Shown here: one piece after another, positions 44,620-54,149 of the stretch
Numbering within the stretch: position 1 is the first letter of the stretch
Layout: the number at the start of each line of letters is the position of its first letter
Origin: Trichoplax sp. H2
Taxonomy: Eukaryota
Length of the DNA stretch: 54,149 bases
NCBI GenBank assembly: GCA_003344405.1
Contig: NOWV01000309.1
Location: forward strand, 1-54,149
Direction of reading: 5' to 3'
Position numbers and translations under genes: made by a program
The notes under the pieces: model-generated
Seen by the model: only the letters and a program-made list of their open reading frames with translations
Database searches by the model: none
What the model was told of the DNA's origin: nothing

Positions 44620-47600
44620 ATGATGTCATCAGAATCGGCAACTCCTCCAGCTGAGCGTTTGCAGTCTCTGTCTGCTGTTGGAGCTTCTGTTCAGATAAAA
44701 AAAGATATTTCCCCTATAAAATATTTTAGGAGTGGTATTCAAATGGAGAAAGTGGTATGTGTAATGTCATATACTGCGATATAATATTGTAGTAGTAATT
44801 ATTTCTGGTATTTTATAACAGTGCCACTAAATAACATTTCATTTGAATGAAGTCCATTGTACTGAGCATTTTATTATTGTGGATGAAGCTGCAAATACGG
44901 CATGTACTTTACTGTGCCGATTGTGATTTACGACTGCTATTGAGTTACGACCGATAAACATAGTACAATATCAATCTGAAGATGTTGGGATATTAGCGCC
45001 GTTTTACTACATCTACAATTAATAGTCAAAGTTATTCATTACTGCCTTGGATTGTTAAATATCATATATTTTTCGATTAGTAAACTAGTGCGCACGCTTC
45101 GCGCTACTGACGTTATGAAAAACTAAAAATCATCGTAGGTACAGCAAATATGATTTCTGTAATAAATAAAATAGAATTCTTGATTAAAAATAGTATACTA
45201 CTACAGTACTCGTACTACTGTAAGCTCAATGGAGTAAAATGTTACACAGTACAGCTAAAAATTATAAGTAATAAAATGCAGTACGAGTATATACCGTATT
45301 TACTATTAGCCTTACCCACACACGATGTTGTGCGAAAGAGACTTCTGATCGTATTAATCATTAATTGATATTAGTTTTAGAACACTGTCATACCTGTTAG
45401 TATACAGTACTCTAAATTATAACCAGCATGTAACTGGCCGTTGGCTATACTGTTCTGATTACAAATTTCGGTAGTATTAGCTGCTGATCTCTTCGCGATG
45501 ATTGATATGCAAGTTACAGTTTGTAATATTAACAAGAAGTTTAGCTGTTGTTAAGGTTGGTTATTTGATTATGTTATTGCTCATTTAATTGATTACAGTA
45601 ATTAAGCATATTTTAAGAGGAAATCGACTTATGGGTTAGCGCCAAGGTCAGCAAGTAGGCCTTTGAGTGAGTAATATGGAGTGACAATAGGTCACTTGAG
45701 GACTAAGTTCATTTATGAGTTTCCCTGCCCTTCACTTAGCGTTTGTTATGCTAATTATATATATTTTATTGACTATCACGAAGTATCAGAATGGAATGTT
45801 GCGATAGTCCTGTAATTTGAAATACTATATCTACATTTTAAATTTTATCTATGGTTTGTTAGGCTAGAGCCTATGCTAAGGAAGGTGACTTAGAAAGAGC
45901 TTACAAAATACTGCATAGGTTTATCACGTAAGATGTTGTATTTATATACTAAAATGTAAAGTACTGTGGATGTATTGTCTTATCGCAGTATTAGCGTTAA
46001 CATTTCTATATGTTTATGTAGATTATTTATTGAAAAATTACCGAAACATCCGTTATACAAAAAAGCTGAAGCATCTAGGATGAAGGAATATTCAAAAGTA
46101 ATGTTTAAGTACGGATTTCGGATTAAGTGCTATGGAATTAGCTACTTTAGGTTTACTCATTAATACCAGAGGGTGCGATATAAGTATAAGTATATTTTAT
46201 CACAATGATATAAGGAGGTCGGTTACCGAAATTCGTAAATTCTAATCTTAGAAAATTCACGGGGCATTGGATTTGGCATCAGATATAAAACAGCGTCTTT
46301 CAGATCAGTATGCTACGGAGTATCAGTCATTTTTGGTAAATATTTTGATGCAATAGTTGGTACTTATATTTGCTTTCAAGTTTAATTAATATCTTTCTTT
46401 TTTATTTGTGGTATTCAGGAAAGACAGAAAAGAAATGAGATTGCAAAATTAGCTGAAGCTCAAAGCAAACTAGAGGAATGCAAAGATTATAATTTGAAGT
46501 CTGTTACCATGGATCCTGTAACGGATGATAGCCAGTCTGCTTTGATGGTTATTGAGGAGCAACATCCTGAAGTAGGCGCATTACGACGGTTACACTGTGA
46601 TACTGTCTATTAATTTATGATTTTGCTATTAGACGAGGCACGCAGTTCAACCGTAACTTTTGTATAAATGGTCGAAATTAACCTGAGTCGTCTTTCTGAC
46701 ATATTTGCACTCTCTATTTAGGATTCTATGAGCGATTACTGCAAACCAAAGCAGAATTATGAATCGTCCAGCAGCATGTAAACTAAAGAAATTAATCTTA
46801 CCGAAATTATTCTGCATAAATTTATTTTTAATAAGCGATATTTAGTTAATTTACCTATCACTTAATTTTTATCACAATAACAAATATATAGCGATTCATC
46901 GAATTATATACTCGAGCAGAGGAAGCCTTCAGTGGATAGATCATTAAAGCCTGCAACAAATATTAACGAGATAGGTCCTTATCTTTCCAATAAACATTCT
47001 TTATAGTCGTTTTTAAAGAAAATGGTTGTACTAAATGATAAGAAACATCATTATTTCACAGATTTACGGTAAAGTAATACTCTGCATCGTTTATGTTTAC
47101 AGTGTCTCCGACTCTGGATGGGCTGAGGTGTGTTAAAATTCCTGAACGTCTGCCTGAATATTTCTTAGCTGTGGTACAAAAAAATACTGCTTCTAACATT
47201 GAGACTTGCGGAATATTGAGCGGCCATTTGGTAATTTTTAAAATCAATAATAGATGGGTTTGTGATAGTTGTTACTTTGTGGCAAATATTAACCCTGTAA
47301 CGTTCAAATTAAATGGGATAAACAATGCTAGATGAAGGAGGTGTTTCAAGTAACTCACGTGATAATACCAAAGCAGCACGGAACCGCAGACAGTTGCACA
47401 ACTGAGGAAGAGGAAGAAATTTTCGATTATCAAGACAGTAGAGATTTAGTCACTCTTGGTTGGATTCACGTTAGTTTAAGTTATTTCAACATTTTGCTAA
47501 TGAAATGAATTAAGTATCTGCAACATAAGGAGAGAATATCAAGCTTTAATTTAAATTCATTTTATTCTTGCTCTAATTAAGTAGCAATAATCACTTAGGT

Positions 47601-48174
47601 CGGCTTAAACACTAATCTAGGTGATAGCTACAGAAAAGATGATAGGCTCTTGTGATAACTGATGGGGTATTAAAACTTACCTTTCGACAGTAAAGAGATA
47701 AAATTGATGCTTTTTTGTTAAATAGACTCACCCATCCCAAACTAGCTTTCTATCAAGCGTCGATCTACATACTCAATATTCATACCAAATAATGATGCCA
47801 GAGGCCATAGCTATTGTCTGTGCTCCAAGATATAATCAGTAGGCACTACTACAGATAGCATCATTGTATTAACGGTAGTCATAGTTAGATGGCTTCACAC
47901 CAGACTTGATATATTGTAATTCTTCAGGACAGGGTACTTTACTTTAACAAGAGATGATGGTCTAGATATCATTGGAAATTGTAAAGAAGTCGGATTTCAC
48001 CCACATCCAAGTCATCCAATACTATTTGAGGTTGGTTTGAATATTTAAAATATTTGCCCTTGAATGCATTTTTGGCAATAATTTAATACGCAGCAATTTC
48101 AAATGTAGGAATGTAAACATATCTGCCTTGATTCTACACATGAAGTACAACTTGTTGACCTTAGGAGCACCTAG
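44620..48174 (+). CDS. STAMBP: STAM-binding protein / AMSH-like JAMM deubiquitinase, multi-exon
   Basis: [27 protein letters not shown] / [22 protein letters not shown] / [13 protein letters not shown] (N-terminal MIT-like) / [10 protein letters not shown] (STAM SH3-binding-type motif) / [14 protein letters not shown] / [39 protein letters not shown] / [34 protein letters not shown] (JAMM HxH..S..D) / GFHPHP / VQLVDLRST* (TAG 48172-48174). Confidence 0.94.
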
Positions 48175-51097
48175 ACTAGAAGATAGTGATATGGGTTTTA
48201 GATGGAAATCGTTATAGTAAATTCTTTTTTACGAAAGCTGGCAAACACTGCATCGTCAAAAGTTGCCTAACATCGATGATTATTAGAATGTGTATATTGT
48301 GAGGGTGTGGCGCTAAGTGATGATATACCGTCTGCAAAATACAAAGTATGAGATTTATTAGAGTATGGCCAATTTTATTTGAGCTGTCACGAACTACGGT
48401 ACTACAAATATAAGTATTGATAGACTTTCAGTTTGCAATAGCAAGCACATGGTACACCAACGAGGTTACAAGATCTCATGCTAATAATGAGCTCGCAGAA
48501 AGTAACGTAGAACTGTGATTGGAATTTACCAACTAGAGACTTACTGTCTCCCTGTTGAGAATTTTAGTCTCAATTCCTAATTTAAAATTCAGATGATAGT
48601 AAATTTGTACTGTACAGTATTATGTATTTCCAGTAAGGATTTACAACTTTCTCGAGAGTCTACATTTGAAAAGCGATTATAAATGTTTAATGGCACCTCG
48701 TAATAAATATTGATATCGATGTTAACTGAACTTGTTTGAAGTGTAAAGGTTTTTCTAGTTAGTACTCCAGACAGAAGATGCCTTATAATTTTGACGTCAG
48801 CAGAACTTAATGGTAAAGTAATTATTCTACTTTTGACGGTTATAGAGCTAATACAGTAATCCTGATCATTTAAAGGTTTTCTGGTATTTCCTACTATTAA
48901 CACTCTTTCGCTACATTTCGGTTACAACTCGATATATTGGTGTGTAGTACCGTACTTTACAACATTGTACTATAAGTGCAGTGGAATGACGGAATACATC
49001 ACATTTTTGATATTGCAGTCTGTATCACTACATACTATACAGTATATTGTAAAACAAAAGTTGCGATATTCTGTCTATAGACATACATGCATACTGAGTT
49101 GAAAGTAGATGAATAGAAATACTATTCGGTACTTTCATTAAATAGCCACAATTAGCATGATTTACCGTGAATATCTTACGCCAAGGCAAGTGCAGATAAT
49201 ATATAATTATAATAAGAGAATTTACTACTGGTTGCTTCAGCAGAGCAATAAGGTTCTTAAGTAATACTATACTGCACTCCCAGTGTTACAGGTTTATCCT
49301 AACAGTGAGTATAGTACCTAACGCACAGAATCCTACCATTAAAAAATGCCCTATGTCATGGAAGAATCAATGATGTAAAAAGTTTTAGTCTTCATTAAAC
49401 GTTTGAAACGGCCAAGGATATCGTATCTCAAGTCAACCTTACTACGACATGTAACCGTCCCTAAGCCAGACATTAGATTAAAGGTAAAATTTAAAATACT
49501 ACGGCTTTTCTCGTGACCAACTGTGCAAATAGCATTCTCAACTTATAGATCACTTGGTGGTACTACAGAAACTTCTAATACTGCTAGTAAAAAATTGTAG
49601 AAAAGAATAAGATTTATAGTAATCATGGAGCAGTAGATTTTAAATTTACTGTAATCACGATAATTCTTTCGATCCAACGAAACTGGTGACCAGAATCAGC
49701 TATTTTTAATCGTGTTTTTATATTAAATAATCAAATATCAACCAATAAAACGATTATCAGAAAAGTATGCTGTCGCTATAATGATCAATAAATTAACACT
49801 TTGCTAAAGATATTAATACAAAATGCGAAAATTTACAGCATCGACTAAGGAAAGTATCAGTAAAAATTTAAAACGTTTATTAACGATAGAGGTACAGCTG
49901 GATATCGGAGAGGTGGCTAGTTTGTATGGTATAAAAATACTTACTACTATGCTATAGATTATAAATATTATTAGACTTTCCGTAACAGAAGTGTGGGTAT
50001 CTTGCTTCCGTATAACTAACTCATCTTCTCGAATTCTTTACTACTCCGATACAAAGGTGCCAAACTGTATCACCTTTCCTATACTATGCAGAGTTGTCAG
50101 TGGTATCTTAGCTTTAGAATTAAAATTGAACTAATCATAAAGTAGTCTTAAGCTGCTACAACTGATTAAAAAAGTTAAGATAGATTCTACCAGTGATTCT
50201 AAATCGATTCTCTCTAATTAAAGTGCAAATTTTATTATATAGACAAAAAGATTCTATCAGTATAATTAACGTGCATCGTATACGCTTATACGTTTTATAT
50301 CGGTTAAATTATACCTTGCAATACAAAATCGTAATACTTCAAAAAAATTAAGATTATGTAACAATGATAAATCATAACTTGGATAAAGATTACGATTCGA
50401 TTTTATGTTGAAGAAAAATATTCAAATGCTTTGAAAGCGGTATCAATTTATTTTTTACCGCATAACCGCGGCTAAGTAGATTCAGTAGCCATCTAATAAT
50501 TCTAGTATGTGGTACTTTGCTATTATGCGTACACTTATGATGTTCGGTTGTTAAAGTTCAAATAAAAAAAACAGTTCAAACTAGATCTAACTATGCATGG
50601 TGTCCTAAAGTATGCATAGTGTACAATCGTAAAGTAATATACTATTGCGCTCAATGACTCAAGTCTTATGAATCAATGGTAATTCAACAGTTATTTATGA
50701 TATCATGATTATGTTAATTATTTATTTTTCTGATATCAGTGCAAGTTCCATTTTGGAGTTATTTTTTAATGGCATACTTCTTATTAAATCATATTTTAAT
50801 AACCTGCAAAGTTAATAGGGTATACAGAGAGATCCTAATGTAAGATACGGTTTTATGAGTACTTATACTTTATTTAGTTGCAGTCTAATCTTTAGAATGA
50901 ATCATGTATTAAAATTCCGTAAGATGTTACAGTATAAGGTTAAACTGATAGTTTAATTATTATGAAATCGAGCATCTTTTGATCCGTACGGCGTATCTTA
51001 AATATTAAGAGTCAGGTTAAAACATTTGCAACGTAGTAAATTCTTAGCGATCACTAAAGCTAGCTCATACAGTAATATGTAATTATAATAGTTGATT

Positions 51098-51693
51098 TGG
51101 CTAAAGGATAGAATAGCGGCAAACTTGTGGTGTTTATGTGGAAAATACTACTCGATTGCTATATCGCTAGCGAAATGCCGCGTGAACATATTACGCAAAT
51201 TGAACACTTAGTATTTAGGATAGTAATAAATAACGAGATTTTGTAGGTACCGTAGTTGCCTTTTAGTCGCACATTAGGAAACATTAAGTTACGTTGAAGA
51301 AAATCTATCTTTGATTACTGCAGTAATTAAATCAAGCGATTAATATTAGTGCAACATCATCTTTTTGCCATTGTTTTAAAATCACCTAACGAACCTGGCT
51401 AAAGGATAGAACAGCGGCAAACTCGTGATGTTTATGTGGAAAATACTACTCGATTGCTATATCGCTAGCGAAATACCGCATGAACATATTGCGCTAATTG
51501 AACATTCAGTATTTGGGATAGTAATAAATAACGAGATATTGTAGGTACCGTAGTTGTCTTTTAGTCGTACATTAGGAAACATTAACGTACGTTAAAGAAA
51601 TCTATCTTTGATTACTGCTGTAATTAAATGAAGTGATTAATATTAGTGCAACATCATCTTTTTGCCGTAGTTTTAAAATCACCTAATGGATCC
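51098..51693. repeat. Head-to-tail tandem duplication of a 298-bp unit (2 copies)
   Basis: TGGCTAAAGGATAGAA.. begins at 51098 and again at 51396; the copies align end to end with scattered substitutions (roughly 90% identical by eye). Confidence 0.92.
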
Positions 51694-52925
51694 TTCTGAT
51701 ACAGATATACGGGTATATGCCATACACGTAAATCACCGCAGTATGTTCGCCAGAGTCGAAGGCAGGATATGCTGTGCAGTATAGTATGTAAGTTGATGTT
51801 TACAGTACGCTGAGTTTGTTTATTGCCTTTGACATGAAATCTAGAATTTATTCTTTATTACTCTTTCACGCGCCGAAACTTCCTTGAAATATTTATACTT
51901 CCTGCATACGAGCGTCATAAGGTAATGGGACTCTAGTATTTTCCGGTGTACTGGATCTTGCGCAAGGTCTCGGTTAAAGTAATTTTCAAGTTAGTTAAAA
52001 ATCATTAGGAAGTGGTAAATATATTGCTTATAATACATATATTTTGCTAGTAAATTTTAAGTAACGGTACTTTACTTAATTGTTAGGATACTAATATGTA
52101 TACTCTTAGAGACATCGTCTTTCAAGCTGGATAGCATTTATACGTGCTTATGTACTGCTCAATACTACATAAGCAAGTAGTTATGATGTACTGTACGTTT
52201 TTAATACCAGATAATGCTTCTAATAGAACTACCTGCAAGTTTAACCGCTCCGATTTACGTCGTAACTATGATCTAGTGATAAATGGGAGTGTCTATGTAA
52301 AATTTATTACCATCTATTGTTAATAGATAGATTGAACGCGCACTTCATCAAGGCAACGAAAATCGAGTATAATCTTAGCCAGTATTCTTATGAATTACGT
52401 GGCGTACTATAAAGCCTTAATGTATAATCGTAAAAACGAAAGTAAATTTTACTACAGCAATACTTAAGTATGTTCTATTTGATTAACTTGTGCTGCTTTT
52501 TAGATTCATGCACAAATGCAACTATGGTTATTGTTGATGACTGCTGTAGCGCAAAATGTAGTGTAGGCGATGGCTGCAGAAATCACACTGTATTAACTTA
52601 GTAACCGAGCAAAATACGGTATAGGAGACTGCAACATAATTTACATTGTAACTACTGCATACCTCCTGCAAGTATTGCGATTAATTATGCACACACAAAT
52701 ACTGTGATTATAAAAAATGCTATACTGTACTATGATGGTACAGAAATGATACTTAATATGTGTTGTTCATTATATCAATATATATGATACCATATACCGC
52801 ACATTAACTTCGTCAGCTACGTCTTCATGTAACGCAGTATAGAAGAATAAAGTAACCTGGTATTTCCACCCTCGTGTTTGATTTTTCCTTGGGTGACATT
52901 AATAGTTATTTCGGAGTAATATCAA

Positions 52926-53332
52926 ATGGCTACTTCAGAGAAGGCCACAGATCCTAAAATGGATGTTACTGAGATAAGGTACGGCATTACCTCTAATGAT
53001 TGGAAAGCTTATTCGAATGTTTTCGAGCAATAATGTGCGACGTCAATATTACGACAAATTTTCAGTATGCTCGTTATTTGGTTGCATTAGCCTTCGTGCT
53101 ATAAGATTCTGATAAATCTAGCACAATCAGGTTCCCTGACGTAAAGCTAATGAAAATTAACGAAATTTTAAGCACGGATTTTGAACTAACACATCCCATG
53201 GATGCTAAACGATACTATTTATTTACGGCTAAACAAAAAGAAAATGAATCTCTACAAAGTTTCGTCGCTCACGTCCAGCAAATTGCCTCCACCTGTAAAT
53301 TTGCGTCCAACACGCTAATATTCCATTGCTAG
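52926..53332 (+). mobile_element. Decayed Ty3/Gypsy-type LTR retrotransposon gag fragment
   Basis: MATSEK..NDWKAYSNVFEQ* (resembles gag DWxxYxERFEQ), then after stops/frameshifts AKRYYLFTAKQKENESLQSFVAHVQQIASTCKF, matching the Gypsy gag ERxxFxxRxQxxGESxxxYxxxLRxLAxxCxF pattern. No pol or LTR seen. Confidence 0.65.
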
Positions 53333-53559
53333 GAACTACTCGAAAAAAGTTCATTACATAAAAATGAAAAAAAGAGAGGGACTGGAAACAAACTTACAGT
53401 ACAAACAATGTGGAGGGGGGGGGGGTAATATTTTTTGAACTTACTACAATACGTAGGACTACCGTGAAGCGGTTGTTAATAGAGTAAAAGAATTAGTATT
53501 AGAACGAGCTACAGTATAGCGAACGAACTTAAAACATCTCAAACGCAGGCCACATCGAT

Positions 53560-53830
53560 GACAACTCCAGAAAATTACGTAATAAAGCATGGTAATAAAA
53601 TTTCAAAAATTAGCTGCAATTGCGTAAAAATGACGATTAAAGCGAAAATAAGGAATCACTGAGTTAAGTTCGGCAAAGTGACGAATATATCTGCAATTAC
53701 GTAAGTTGAGGATTAAAGTAGAAATAAACGGTAGTTGAATTAGGTTCAGTAAGATGACGAAATTAGCTGGAATTGTACGCTAAATTGACGGTTAATGCAA
53801 AAATAAGGAGTCATCAAGTTAAATTTGTCA
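53560..53830. repeat. Diverged telomere-adjacent repeats (~153-bp period with shorter sub-units)
   Basis: AAATTAGCTGCAATTGCGTAAAAATGACGATTAAAGCGAAAATAAGGAATCACTGAGTTAA (~53607) vs AAATTAGCTGGAATTGTACGCTAAATTGACGGTTAATGCAAAAATAAGGAGTCATCAAGTTAA (~53760). Confidence 0.6.
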
Positions 53831-53887
53831 ATTCTGAATATACTACTAAATATTCAAATAACAAGTCAAGATGTAAATGTTCTGTAA

Positions 53888-54149
53888 TAGGGTTAGGGTT
53901 AGGGTTAGGGTTAGGGTTAGGGTTAGGGTTAGGGTTAGGGTTAGGGTTAGGGTTAGGGTTAGGGTTAGGGTTAGGGTTAGGGTTAGGGTTAGGGTTAGGG
54001 TTAGGGTTAGGGTTAGGGTTAGGGTTAGGGTTAGGGTTAGGGTTAGGGTTAGGGTTAGGGTTAGGGTTAGGGTTAGGGTTAGGGTTAGGGTTAGGGTTAG
54101 GGTTAGGGTTAGGGTTAGGGTTAGGGTTAGGGTTAGGGTTAGGGTTAGG
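53888..54149 (+). repeat. Telomeric (TTAGGG)n array at the chromosome end
   Basis: Uninterrupted TTAGGG: 42 full copies from 53893 plus partial copies at each side, running to the end of the window with the G-rich strand 5'->3' outward. Confidence 0.98.

Overview
AT-rich eukaryotic (animal) chromosome end, not prokaryotic DNA. It holds seven compact, intron-rich genes: SGPL1(-), PFDN1(+), FAM13 RhoGAP(-), CDKL2/3-like kinase(-), KLHL2/3-like kelch(+), class I eIF4E(-) and STAMBP/AMSH(+). These are followed by a short subtelomere (a 298-bp tandem duplication, a decayed Ty3/Gypsy gag, diverged A-rich repeats) and a (TTAGGG)n telomere ending the window. The left end carries a foldback-like inverted array of 47-bp units, a GC-rich hairpin and a degenerate A-rich satellite. 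Short introns, low GC and gene content suggest a compact early-branching animal genome such as a placozoan (inference, unverified). The main unexplained signal is five dense clusters of palindromic TACTG/CAGTA (TACTGTACAGTA) repeats. Four lie upstream of the starts of all seven genes; the fifth has no recognised gene beside it. All seven genes also have human homologues in the 4q/5q/10q/2p paralogon. Exons were assembled by eye, so internal boundaries and some gene ends are approximate.
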